Assembly: GCA_963719515.1 (NCBI GenBank)
Contig: CAVRCJ010000010.1
Location: 224,001-288,000, forward strand
Source of the DNA: an uncultured cyanobacterium
Lineage (GTDB): Bacteria; Cyanobacteriota; Cyanobacteriia; CAKZMO01
DNA: 64,000 bases
Direction of reading: 5' to 3'
Below the pieces are notes generated by a model. That model saw only the letters and a list, made by a program, of their open reading frames with translations, ran no database searches and was not told where the DNA came from. This document shows positions 38,518 through 48,485 of the stretch, piece by piece (the first letter of the stretch is position 1; every line of letters starts with the position of its first letter). Made by a program: the position numbers and the translations under genes.

Positions 38518-39312
38518 ATGGAAAGGCGGCATCTTTTACGACTATTAGCCTTGATGGGGGGGAGCGTCGCGGCAGGGGGCGGCCCGTCAATCCTGACCCA
38601 GGCGATCGCCGAACCTTACAGCAGCTGGGGCTACGTGGGAGAGCGATCGCCCGAAACCTGGGGAGACCTCTCCCCTGAGTATGCAGCCTGTGGTGTTGGC
38701 ACGCAGCAATCGCCAATTGACCTTCGTAGCGACGCTCTCCATGGCGGCGGCGACGCTTTGCTAGAGACGGTTGAGGTCGCGTATCACCCCATTCCCCTGC
38801 AGCTCCACAACAACAGCCATACGATTCAGGTCGATGTCCCCCTGGGGAATAGACCTAGCAATACGCTCAGGCTAGACGGCGAGAAATTCGAGCTGCTGCA
38901 GTTTCACTTCCACCACCCGAGTGAGCATACCCTAAGCGGTGGCGCTTTCCCAATGGAGCTTCACTTTGTTCACCGGGACGCTGCGGGAAATTTGGCCGTG
39001 CTCGGCCTGTTCATAGTCGAGGGGACAGAGAACGCTGCCCTACGTCCCGTCTGGGATAGGATGCCTAACGAGCAAACTGAGCCCAAGGCTTTCCCCGACG
39101 TCTCGGTAAACCTCGCTAGCCTACTGCCCGCTGAGCACAGCCTGTTTCGTTATTTTGGCTCACTGACTACGCCCCCTTGCTCTGAGCTTGTCAGATGGGT
39201 CATCCTTCAAGCTCCCATTGAGGCTTCCGCCGCCCAAATCAAAAAATTCGAGCGTATTTTCCCGCTCAACGCTCGTCCCGTGCAGCCTCAAAATCGGCAA
39301 TTTCTGCTTTGA
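38518..39312 (+). CDS. Alpha-class carbonic anhydrase with Tat-type signal peptide (EcaA-like)
   Basis: MERRHLL signal, QSPIDL, QFHFHHPSEH, ELHFVH, GSLTTPPCSE. Confidence 0.93.
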   Translation: MERRHLLRLLALMGGSVAAGGGPSILTQAIAEPYSSWGYVGERSPETWGDLSPEYAACGVGTQQSPIDLRSDALHGGGDALLETVEVAYHPIPLQLHNNSHTIQVDVPLGNRPSNTLRLDGEKFELLQFHFHHPSEHTLSGGAFPMELHFVHRDAAGNLAVLGLFIVEGTENAALRPVWDRMPNEQTEPKAFPDVSVNLASLLPAEHSLFRYFGSLTTPPCSELVRWVILQAPIEASAAQIKKFERIFPLNARPVQPQNRQFLL

Positions 39313-39505
39313 TCGGAAACCGACGCTCGCTGGCGATAGTTTAAAGGCGATCGCCTTCAAACAAATCTCTGATGCCTAACTCACCGATAACCGACTCAAA
39401 TTGGCGTTAGAGCGGTTACAATGCGGTGATTCCATCACATTTGCGATTTTTGAGTCGGTATAAGAACGACAGCAAGAATCAGAAGAGAGAGTAGGTAAGA
39501 CTCTT

Positions 39506-39808
39506 ATGAGTTCACCGCTTAACAAGCAACAAGTTCTAGCCAAATTGAGCGCTCACAAAGATGACCTCAGCGAATTCGCGGTCAAAGCGTTATTTCTATT
39601 TGGGTCAGTGGCGCGAGAAGAGGCAACTTCAGACAGCGATGTGGATTTCTTAGTGGAGTTCGACCGCCCGGTTGGATTATTTACCCTGCTAGGGTTGAAA
39701 GCTTATTTGGAGGAGATTTTGGGCTGCTCGGTGGATGTGGGGACGCCAAGTTCTCTGCGTCCCCACCTGCGGGAAACAGTGTTAAAGGAAGCGATTCGTG
39801 TCCCCTAG
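39506..39808 (+). CDS. Minimal nucleotidyltransferase (MNT) antitoxin
   Basis: LFGSVAREEATSDSDVD (GS-x10-DxD). Confidence 0.92.
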   Translation: MSSPLNKQQVLAKLSAHKDDLSEFAVKALFLFGSVAREEATSDSDVDFLVEFDRPVGLFTLLGLKAYLEEILGCSVDVGTPSSLRPHLRETVLKEAIRVP

Positions 39809-40160
39809 AGAGTTTGAGCTTCGGGTGCAGGATATGCTGACTGAGATTGCCGTTGTGGAGGAAATCATCGCTGGCTTAAATGCAGCGGCGTTCTCTCGAA
39901 ATCAGCAAGCTTTGCGGGCCGTACTGTATAGCCTAGCGGTAATTGGGGAGGCGGTAGGAAGCGCCCTGACTGAATTGGAAGCAGCAGACTCGGCAACACC
40001 GTGGCGTCAGATTCGCGGAATGCGAAATACGGTGATCCATGAGTATTTCCGGGTAGATGTAGAGACAGTGTGGCAAACAACTCAGCTAGATTTGCCAATG
40101 CTCAAGGTGGTATTGCAGGAAATTTTGGATGGGCTAGGCGAGAGGGAGGCGCACCGATAA
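39798..40160 (+). CDS. HEPN/DUF86 (HepT-like) ribonuclease toxin
   Basis: IGEA and PWRQIRGMRNTVIHEY (R-x4-H-x-Y); overlaps the MNT gene. Confidence 0.92.
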   Translation: MSPREFELRVQDMLTEIAVVEEIIAGLNAAAFSRNQQALRAVLYSLAVIGEAVGSALTELEAADSATPWRQIRGMRNTVIHEYFRVDVETVWQTTQLDLPMLKVVLQEILDGLGEREAHR

Positions 40161-40221
40161 TGAATAATCCAATATGAGAAAGAAATAATATTTCATGGTG
40201 CAAAAATAGGCGTTTACAGTA

Positions 40222-42786
40222 CTACTTAGCCAGCACAAAATTCACCAGCTTCCCCGGCACCACAATCACCTTCTTAATTTCCTTACCCTCAATGTAGCGC
40301 TGCGCCAGCTCCGACTCCTTCGCTAGCCGCTCCAGCGCCGCCTTGTCCGACTGCGACGGCACCTGAATTGTCCCTCGGGTCTTGCCCATCACCTGAATCA
40401 CCAGGGGAATCTCGTCTACTACTAGGGCTTCTGGGTCTGTTTGGGGCCAAGCGGCTCGGTGGACCGACTCTTGCTCGCCGATGGCCCGCCACAGTTCTTC
40501 CGTGATGTGGGGCGAGAAGGGAGCCAGCATCGCGACCAGGGTGCGAATACCCTCACCATAGACCGCCGAGGATTTATCTTTATAATCCGACAGGGCGTTG
40601 CTTAGCTTCATCAGCTCCGACACCGCTGTATTGAACTGATAGTCACCGTCAAAGTCGTCGGTAACTTCCTTGATGGCCGTATGGATGGCGCGGCGCAGGT
40701 CTTTTTCGCCTTTGCTCAGCTCAGCGTTGGGCTGGGCGGGCTCCAGCGAGGCAAACTCCTGCACCAGCCGCCACACCCGGTTCAAAAAGCGAAACTGCCC
40801 TTCCACATCCGCGTCGTCCCACTCTAGGTCTTTTTCCGGCGGCGCTTTGAACAGGATGAACATGCGGGCCGTATCTGCCCCGTATTTGGAGAGCACTACC
40901 CCCGGCGCGATGCCGTTGTACTTAGACTTGGACATCTTCTCGTAAAAGACCTCCAGCGGGTCTCCCGTCTCCGGATCCGTGGGGCTATTTGGGTCGGTGA
41001 CTTTGTCGGCGGGGATGTACTTGCCCGTGGCGGGGTTCTTGTAGGTCATGGCCTGCACCATACCCTGGGTGAGCAGCCGCTTAAAGGGCTCGTCTACGTT
41101 TAAAAGGCCGCGATCGCGCAGTACTTTGGTGAAGAACCGCGAATAGAGCAGGTGTAAGATGGCGTGCTCAATGCCGCCTACGTATTGGTCCACCGCCATC
41201 CAGTCGTTTACTTTGTCGGGGGCGAACACCTGAGCGTCGTTGCTGGCGTCGCAGTAGCGCAGGAAGTACCAGGACGAGTCTATAAAGGTGTCCATGGTGT
41301 CGGTCTCCCGCTTGGCGGCGGTGCCGCAGCTAGGGCAGGGCACGTTGACCCAGTGGTCAAGCTTGGCCAAGGGGGAGGGCCCACGCCCGGAGAAAGAGAC
41401 GTCCTGCGGCAGCTCCACGGGCAGATCCGCCTCGGGGACGGGAACAGCGCCGCAGCTAGGGCAGTGGATGATGGGGATGGGAACGCCCCAGTAGCGCTGG
41501 CGAGAAATCAGCCAGTCCCTCAGGCGATAGGTGGTCTGGGCAGTGCCGATGCCCTGCTCTTCTAGATATTCAGTAACCTTGCGCTTAGCGTCGGGCACCG
41601 TCAGGCCATTCAGCGGCTCCGAGTTTTGCAGGACGCCGCTGGCGCTGCCGCTGTAGGCCTCCGTCAACGGCGCGGCCTCAGCGGGATTCGCGTCGGGCGG
41701 AAACACCACCTGGACAATATCTAGCCCAAAGGATTGAGCGAAGTCGAAGTCTCGCTGATCATGGGCGGGCACCGCCATGATGGCTCCCGTACCGTAGTCC
41801 ATCAGCACGTAGTCCGCAATCCACACCGGCACCTGCTCGCCGTTCACCGGGTTGACGGCGTAGCCTCCGGTAAAGACCCCCGTCTTGCTGCGATCGTCGG
41901 CGGTGCGCTCCACCTCGCTTTTGGCGGCGGCTTCTTTTTGATAGGTGCTCACCGCGCCGGCCTGCTCAGGGGTCGTTAAGGACGCTACCAAGGGATGCTC
42001 CGGCGACAGCACCATAAAGGTCGCGCCCCACAGGGTATCGGGGCGGGTGGTAAAAATGGGTATGGCTTCGCCGCCGGGAGTCTTAAACTCGACTCTCGCG
42101 CCAGTGGACTTACCGATCCAGTTCTCCTGCATCAGCTTCACCCGCTCGGGCCAGCCGTCCAGCAGCTTTAGGTCGGCCAGCAGCTGCTCCGCGTAGTCGG
42201 TGATTTTGAAGAACCACTGGCGCAGCAGACGCCGCTCCACCATCGCCCCCGATCGCCAAGATTTCCCGTCACTGTCCACCTGCTCGTTGGCCAGCACCGT
42301 CTGGTCCACCGGGTCCCAGTTCACCGCCGCCTCTTTTTGATAGGCCAGTCCGGCATCCAGAAACTGTAGAAAAATCCACTGGGTCCAGCGGTAGTAGTCT
42401 GGGGCGCAGGTGGCCACCTCCCGGTCCCAGTCGTAGGATAGCCCCAGCCGCTTCAGCTGGACCGTCATCTGAGCGATATTTTCATAGGTCCATTTGGCGG
42501 GATGGACGCCCCGGTCAATGGCGGCATTCTCGGCGGGCAGGCCAAAGGCATCCCAGCCCATGGGGTGCAGCACGCGGTAGCCCTGCATGCGCTTGACGCG
42601 GGCAATCACGTCGGTAATGGTGTAGTTGCGGACGTGGCCCATGTGCAGATTCCCTGAGGGGTAGGGAAACATGGACAGCGCGTAGAACTTAGGGCGCGAG
42701 TCTTCTGGCGTTTGGTCAAGCCGCTGCTCGTCCCAGACCTGCTGCCACTTGGGCTCAATCGCGTCTGCCTGATATCGCTCCACCAA
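40222..42786 (-). CDS. leuS: Leucine--tRNA ligase
   Basis: [13 protein letters not shown] (HIGH), [16 protein letters not shown]. Confidence 0.98.
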   Translation of the reverse strand: MVERYQADAIEPKWQQVWDEQRLDQTPEDSRPKFYALSMFPYPSGNLHMGHVRNYTITDVIARVKRMQGYRVLHPMGWDAFGLPAENAAIDRGVHPAKWTYENIAQMTVQLKRLGLSYDWDREVATCAPDYYRWTQWIFLQFLDAGLAYQKEAAVNWDPVDQTVLANEQVDSDGKSWRSGAMVERRLLRQWFFKITDYAEQLLADLKLLDGWPERVKLMQENWIGKSTGARVEFKTPGGEAIPIFTTRPDTLWGATFMVLSPEHPLVASLTTPEQAGAVSTYQKEAAAKSEVERTADDRSKTGVFTGGYAVNPVNGEQVPVWIADYVLMDYGTGAIMAVPAHDQRDFDFAQSFGLDIVQVVFPPDANPAEAAPLTEAYSGSASGVLQNSEPLNGLTVPDAKRKVTEYLEEQGIGTAQTTYRLRDWLISRQRYWGVPIPIIHCPSCGAVPVPEADLPVELPQDVSFSGRGPSPLAKLDHWVNVPCPSCGTAAKRETDTMDTFIDSSWYFLRYCDASNDAQVFAPDKVNDWMAVDQYVGGIEHAILHLLYSRFFTKVLRDRGLLNVDEPFKRLLTQGMVQAMTYKNPATGKYIPADKVTDPNSPTDPETGDPLEVFYEKMSKSKYNGIAPGVVLSKYGADTARMFILFKAPPEKDLEWDDADVEGQFRFLNRVWRLVQEFASLEPAQPNAELSKGEKDLRRAIHTAIKEVTDDFDGDYQFNTAVSELMKLSNALSDYKDKSSAVYGEGIRTLVAMLAPFSPHITEELWRAIGEQESVHRAAWPQTDPEALVVDEIPLVIQVMGKTRGTIQVPSQSDKAALERLAKESELAQRYIEGKEIKKVIVVPGKLVNFVLAK

Positions 42787-42855
42787 TGACTCCTCTGTGC
42801 TGGGCCTAAACTTAACGGGAATTCTCCCATTCTAAAGGGTTATTGCAGCGCCGAT

Positions 42856-43389
42856 ATGACAGCACCCATAAAGCCCACCAGCATCTTCGTCTACGGCACC
42901 CTCAAGCCCGGCGAAGCTAACTACGATCGCTACTGCGCCGGCCGCGTTACCTTTCAATGCGCCGCGATCGCCCCCGGCTATCTCTACGCCCTGCCCGTTG
43001 GCTATCCCGCCATGGTGGCCATAGACCGAGGGGCGGTGCCGGGAGCCGAGCCAGAGCGCCATAGGCAAAATTACCCCGCAGCAGACCTTGAGACAGGGAA
43101 GTCTGAGGCGATCGTGTGGGGCTATTTGCTGAAATTCAGCGACCCAAGCTGCCTTCGGCAACTGGACGAGCTTGAGGACTATTTTCCTCAGCGATCGCCC
43201 AGCGAGAACGAATACTATCGCACCAGCGTTGCGCTCCTCACCCCAGAGCGTCAGCCCTTAGGCAGCGCCTGGGTTTACCTGATGGAGCCCCAGCGCGTCA
43301 GGCAGATGGGTGGACGTCGGGTCTTGCAAGGCCAATGGACTGGGCGACTGGGCCGGGCCAGCGAGACCTCCGCCCTGAGACCGAGTTAG
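42856..43389 (+). CDS. Gamma-glutamylcyclotransferase family protein
   Basis: IFVYGTLKPG, GYPAM, LDELED, AWVY. Confidence 0.88.
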   Translation: MTAPIKPTSIFVYGTLKPGEANYDRYCAGRVTFQCAAIAPGYLYALPVGYPAMVAIDRGAVPGAEPERHRQNYPAADLETGKSEAIVWGYLLKFSDPSCLRQLDELEDYFPQRSPSENEYYRTSVALLTPERQPLGSAWVYLMEPQRVRQMGGRRVLQGQWTGRLGRASETSALRPS

Positions 43390-43469
43390 GACCAGGTTGG
43401 CCTAATCGGAATCTGGAGCTTAAAGATGAGTTAGGCAGATGCAGCACCTTAGAGGCCTAGATTGGAGGC

Positions 43470-44216
43470 CTAGAGTAGTTCGCTGGATGTCTCAACATCG
43501 TCGGTGCCCACCTCGGGCATCGCTTCAAGCGACTGATCTTCGGTGGCATCTGCCGACTGAATACCGTCTACTGGCTCGACCGCGAGGGGAATGGGAACCA
43601 CAGGTTCGTCGATAGTAATCATCAGTGCGTCAGGCGAAATAGGCTCATTCGCTGCTGCCGGCGCGGGTGTGACCGTCGAGGCGTCAAGTGCCTTGTCCCC
43701 CAAAGTCTCAGAGGCGTTCTGGGTGGGTAGGTCAATCTTGTCTTCAGTCGTCTCGACTTGGTTGACGGCACCGGGAACCGTCAGGCTGCCCATCACCGCA
43801 GAGACAAACAGTGCGGCGATCGCCATGCCACCCCAGGCGGCTGCCATCCTGCGCGGTCGTCGCTGGGTGCGAGCCTCGACCTTAGCGAGAATGTCGTCTA
43901 CGGACTGGACAGATGGCGGCACCGGCATGCCTTGAAGACCCCGCCGCAGCTTGAGGAGTCGGGCGTAAAGGCACTGCATCGTTTGGTCATGCTCAAGCCA
44001 GGCTAAGACCTGCTCTCGTTCTGCGGGGGTCACCTCACCATCGAGGTAAGCGCTCAAAAGCTCAAAGCGATCGCGCTTTGGGCTGTCCCAATGAAAATCA
44101 TCTTCTGGGAGAGGGTCGGGTCGGGAGTCTCGATTCACGGCTTTATTAAAGGATGTTGAAACGGAACGGCTATCGGTGGGGCGTCGACGAAACTCGTGCT
44201 GGTTGTGAGAACTCAC
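43470..44216 (-). CDS. Transmembrane anti-sigma factor (SapG-like)
   Basis: RFELLSAYLDGEVT motif, single TM helix, downstream of the ECF sigma gene. Confidence 0.85.
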   Translation of the reverse strand: MSSHNQHEFRRRPTDSRSVSTSFNKAVNRDSRPDPLPEDDFHWDSPKRDRFELLSAYLDGEVTPAEREQVLAWLEHDQTMQCLYARLLKLRRGLQGMPVPPSVQSVDDILAKVEARTQRRPRRMAAAWGGMAIAALFVSAVMGSLTVPGAVNQVETTEDKIDLPTQNASETLGDKALDASTVTPAPAAANEPISPDALMITIDEPVVPIPLAVEPVDGIQSADATEDQSLEAMPEVGTDDVETSSELL

Positions 44217-44683
44217 AGCTGTACCTCATCTTTATCTAGGCTAACTTACAACGTCATCGAGGAACCGGTTGTCGAATAGTGATGCGGTTGGGGGCAAACG
44301 ACGCCGGCTCACAAATTAGAAACTGGACTTTTGGCGATGCACAGTCAAGGAGAAAACTTTATCGTCCTGCTTATAGAGGTATTGACGCAGCCCTTTGGCG
44401 ATTTGCTCCTCAGAATCTCTCTCATTGAAATTACTTAACTAAGATGAGGCATTAATTCACAATCTTCTAGGCAGGAGTTTCGAAACGTTGTGTCAGCCGG
44501 CCTTAAACGAGAGATCGAAGAGAAATAGGCTTGAGCAGATGGGTAAGCGATGAGGGCAATGCTATCAGGCTGAGGGGGGCTTTGCCCCTGTTTGGTGGTG
44601 GGCTGGCCTAGTAGAGGGCTGAGTCATCATGGTAGAGGCAGAGACCCCGAAGGAAACGCGGCGGGAAGACGCTACGGTAACCG

Positions 44684-45349
44684 CTATAAATTGATATAGC
44701 GCTGGAGTTGAGACTGTAAACGCTGACGGGCGCGGGCAATTCTAGACTTCACGGTTCCCAAAGACACCCCAGTAATCTCCGCGATATCTTCATAGGCCAT
44801 CCCCTCGATTTCCCGCAGCATGATAGTTGTGCGGAACACCTCAGGTAGATCGGCGATCGCCTGATGGAGCTGAGCATAAAACTCCTGAGTCAGCAGCTCT
44901 TGGTCAGGGCCGGGGTCAACGGAAGCCACTTCCCAGCTCATTTCGCCGTCTTCTGCCTGCCGTGGGGCATCGAGCGAGAGGGGGGATTTGACGCGCTTGC
45001 GCTTGCGCAACTCGTCGTAAAACAAATTGGTGGCAATGCGCGTGAGCCAGCCGCGGAATTTTGCGGGCTCCTGCAGTCGTTTCAGATTGCGGTAGACCCG
45101 GATCCAGACCTCCTGCACCAAATCGGCCCGATCGGACCAATCAGGGGCAAGGTGGTAGAACACTTTTTCCAGGTGTGACTGATAACGACGCAGCAATTCA
45201 GCGAAAGCAGCTTTATCAGGCCGAAGCCCTGACTGACACCGAAGAATTAAGTCGTCGTTAGACAGCTTCTCTGGTGGCAGTGACATTAAACCTGCTGTGG
45301 ATATACCGGCACTTAAAGAAAATGATTTCAAATCAGCAATAGACTGCAT
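44684..45349 (-). CDS. sigG: ECF (group 4) RNA polymerase sigma factor
   Basis: DLVQEVWIRVYR, WLTRIATNLFYDELRKRKR, GTVKSRIARAR; cyanobacterial SigG type with cognate anti-sigma. Confidence 0.9.
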   Translation of the reverse strand: MQSIADLKSFSLSAGISTAGLMSLPPEKLSNDDLILRCQSGLRPDKAAFAELLRRYQSHLEKVFYHLAPDWSDRADLVQEVWIRVYRNLKRLQEPAKFRGWLTRIATNLFYDELRKRKRVKSPLSLDAPRQAEDGEMSWEVASVDPGPDQELLTQEFYAQLHQAIADLPEVFRTTIMLREIEGMAYEDIAEITGVSLGTVKSRIARARQRLQSQLQRYINL

Positions 45350-45405
45350 TGGCTTGGTGAATTCAGCTAATGGTCAACAAAGTGCGAGAGGGCCACCTCA
45401 AAAAG

Positions 45406-45430
45406 GACGGTGTTTCTCGGAAGATGTTCC
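45406..45430 (-). promoter_or_regulatory. ECF-type autoregulatory promoter GGAAC-N16-CGTC
   Basis: Minus strand reads GGAAC atcttccgagaaacac CGTC, about 55 nt upstream of the sigma start. Confidence 0.7.
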
Positions 45431-45872
45431 CGAACGGTCTTTGTAAGCTAGGGGAGAATGAGGACGCTCTATCATGTATGAGTGACGGACTCGGCTCGTA
45501 GAATCAACGGCTTCGTAGCAGCATGAGCGCTCGGTGACGAACCAACATCAGGAGTTGCGATTAACTTAGCCGCGATCGCGGTAGCTCATGATAAACCTAT
45601 GACAATTCGCAGTCTGGTCTTCATGGAGTTCCGCTGGCGGCGCTGTGAGATAGACTACCTGGCCAAAGTTTACGAATTCCACTAGTCTGTTTTACGAAAT
45701 TTAGCTGTGGAATCTGTGTCTTTTTCATGAAGATATGGTCTGCAGCGCTAAGCTAAAGCCAGCTTCATACAGCACATCTTTACAGCTTTTTGTAGAAAAG
45801 CCGTCTGCTGCGCCGGAGTAAGCTTTATTCTGTGTGGTTGGCTGGGTATGGTCCTCGTTCATAGTAAACGCC

Positions 45873-48485
45873 ATGGTCCGCATTCCCCTTTTAGTCGGGT
45901 TGGCCGTCATGCTGTTCAGCTCGCCCGCTCAGGGCCAGATTGCCCCTGATGACACCCTGCCCACCCCCTCCCGCGTCACCTCACGGCAGGGAGGCCCCAT
46001 TATCGATGGCGGCACAGCCGCTGGCCCCAACCTCTTTCACAGCTTTCAGCAATTCTCGGTACCGGTGGGGCAGCGGGTGCAGTTCAACAACGCCGCAGGC
46101 ATTCAGAGGATTCTGACAAGGGTGACGGGAGGCAGTGCCTCTACCCTCGACGGGATTCTAGCCGCCAACGGTACCGCTGACCTCTTCTTCATTAACCCCA
46201 GCGGCATTGTCTTTGGTCCAGGTGCCCAGCTCGACATTGGCGGAAGCTTCGTCGCCAGCACTGCTGAGGCGATTCGCTTCGCGGATGGTTCCGCCTTTCG
46301 CGCCGTAAATTCATCGTTGGCGCTGCCGCTGCTGACGGTGAGTTTGCCGGTGGGCCTGCAGATGGGGGCAAGCCCAGCCGCGGTTGAGGTCACTGGGTCA
46401 ACCCTGACCACTGGGCCGGGGCGATCTGTGGCGCTATTGGGGGGAGATATCCGTCTAAATGGGGGGAGCCTGGGGGTTAGCGGAGGCCAAATTAGCTTGG
46501 GCAGCGCAACGGCGGGGACGGTCGCCCTAACGCGATCGCCAGAGGGCCTCGGCCTGGGCTACAGCGATATTCTGCAGTTTGGCGATATCCTCTTGCAGCA
46601 GGGGGCAAGCGTCACCAGCAGCGGATTGAGCAATGGCGGCATTCACCTGCAGGGCAGGGCCATCCAGGTGAGCGGTGGCTCCCAGGTGTCGGCTATCAAC
46701 AGCGGGTCAGAGGCCGATGGGGCGATCGCCATCAGCGCGACAGATCTAGTCCGGGTCGGCGGGCCGCCGGAGGGTAGCCCCCCCAGCGTTGTGCAGTCCA
46801 GCGCGGCGGGAGCCGGACGGGGCGCTGACATCGACATTACGGCGGCGCGGCTGCGGCTGTCGCCCGACGGCGGGATATTTGCCACGACTCAGGGCTCAGG
46901 CGGCGGCGGCAACCTTTCGATTCGGGCCTCCGAGCGGGTAGCGCTGCTGGGGCGCGGCCTCCCTGTCCTCCAGCTGCTGCTGGCGCAGGCTCTCTCGGGA
47001 AACGGCATTCTTACGAGCATCGACAGCGGACTCTCTACTGTGACCTTAGGGGCAGGAGACGCCGGCACCCTCACTATCACAACGCCTCGCCTGAGCGTTC
47101 AGCAGGGCGAACTGATCACCACGGCCAGCGAAGGGTCGGGCAATGCCGGTGACTTGATCCTGCAGGTCAGCGATCGCACTTTCATTGAAGACTCTTACCT
47201 AGTCGTCGCGGCCCTCACCTTTGGGGATGCCGCAGCGGCGGGCAACGCGGGCGATCTAATTCTTACCTCACCGCGCCTCATCATCAAAGACGGCAGTTCC
47301 CTCATTGCCGCGACCCTGGGCAACGGAGACGGCGGTGATATTCGCATTGACGCTGCCGACACGGTAGACATATTTGCTGTTTCCGACGAGGTCGAGGTCC
47401 CCCAAATCAACACCAGCAGCTTTTTTGGGCAGGGAGCGGGGGGAGAGATTGCGATTACAGCGGGCCAGCTGCGCCTCAACCGGGGCGGAATTCGCAGTCA
47501 GTCTGGGGGACGGCTGTCAGAGAATCTTTTTAATCCGAGTTTGCCCTCCGAAGCGTTTGTCCGGGTGCCCGGCGGACCCTCTGGGAGAATTACGCTCACC
47601 CTATCGGATAGCTTGGAGGTGATTGGCAACGGTCAGCCTTTTGGGTCGAGCATTGACGCCTCTAGCTTTACCGCCTTCTCACCAGGTCAAATTAGAGTGT
47701 CCGCCCCCACAATTTTGCTCAGCGACGCAGGGGAAATTTCGGTGGATACCCGCGGACCTTCCCCCAGTGGCGGTCAGATCGATATTCAAGCGGAGACACT
47801 GATTCTCAACCAGCAGGGGCGGATCACGACGGCATCCCTCGGAGATGAATTTATTCAAGGGGGACGAATTGCGATTGAGGCGACCACGCTGGTCGCAATA
47901 GAAAACAGCGATATTTCGGCTGATGCGCTGGTGGAAGGACCGGGGGGACGAATCGAGATCCTAGCCCCCACCATTATCGGGACGCAGTTTCGGTCTCGCC
48001 AAACGGCGGCCAGCGACATCACGGCGGCCTCTGTTTCTGGCGATCGGGGCACGGTGATTATCGAAACCAGCACTGTCGAGGTGGTGGAAGATGCAGCCCC
48101 CCTTGCTGCCGACTTCGTTGACCAAAGCGATCGCATTGCGACCCTGTGCGCTACAGCGGCAGAAAGTCGGTTTGTCGTCACGGGGCGGGGCGGCTTACCG
48201 GCGGGGCCAGGGCAGCGGGCAGAAGAGGGCACTTGGCAAGACCTGCGGCTTCCTGCGGCGCTGATGGGCCTAGAGACTGAAGCGTCAACAGCTGAAGCGC
48301 CAGCGGCTGAAGCAGCGCAGCCGGACCACACCCAGCAAAGCGATAGCCCGGCGGATCTAGCAGCGCCTTCGCTCAGGCCAGTGGAGGCGGACGGCTGGGT
48401 CCTTGACGGCGATGGGCAGGTGCAGCTAGTGGCCCGCAGCGATCGCCTTTCCCCCCAGTTCTCAGCCTGTAGCCCCCAGCCATGA
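45873..48485 (+). CDS. Filamentous-hemagglutinin N-terminal (TPS) domain exoprotein, cyanobacterial type
   Basis: Signal peptide ...AQGQIAPD, NLFHSFQQF, INPSGIVFG, Gly-rich beta-helix repeats, C-terminal SRFVVTGRGGLP and VEADGW. Confidence 0.9.
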   Translation: MVRIPLLVGLAVMLFSSPAQGQIAPDDTLPTPSRVTSRQGGPIIDGGTAAGPNLFHSFQQFSVPVGQRVQFNNAAGIQRILTRVTGGSASTLDGILAANGTADLFFINPSGIVFGPGAQLDIGGSFVASTAEAIRFADGSAFRAVNSSLALPLLTVSLPVGLQMGASPAAVEVTGSTLTTGPGRSVALLGGDIRLNGGSLGVSGGQISLGSATAGTVALTRSPEGLGLGYSDILQFGDILLQQGASVTSSGLSNGGIHLQGRAIQVSGGSQVSAINSGSEADGAIAISATDLVRVGGPPEGSPPSVVQSSAAGAGRGADIDITAARLRLSPDGGIFATTQGSGGGGNLSIRASERVALLGRGLPVLQLLLAQALSGNGILTSIDSGLSTVTLGAGDAGTLTITTPRLSVQQGELITTASEGSGNAGDLILQVSDRTFIEDSYLVVAALTFGDAAAAGNAGDLILTSPRLIIKDGSSLIAATLGNGDGGDIRIDAADTVDIFAVSDEVEVPQINTSSFFGQGAGGEIAITAGQLRLNRGGIRSQSGGRLSENLFNPSLPSEAFVRVPGGPSGRITLTLSDSLEVIGNGQPFGSSIDASSFTAFSPGQIRVSAPTILLSDAGEISVDTRGPSPSGGQIDIQAETLILNQQGRITTASLGDEFIQGGRIAIEATTLVAIENSDISADALVEGPGGRIEILAPTIIGTQFRSRQTAASDITAASVSGDRGTVIIETSTVEVVEDAAPLAADFVDQSDRIATLCATAAESRFVVTGRGGLPAGPGQRAEEGTWQDLRLPAALMGLETEASTAEAPAAEAAQPDHTQQSDSPADLAAPSLRPVEADGWVLDGDGQVQLVARSDRLSPQFSACSPQP

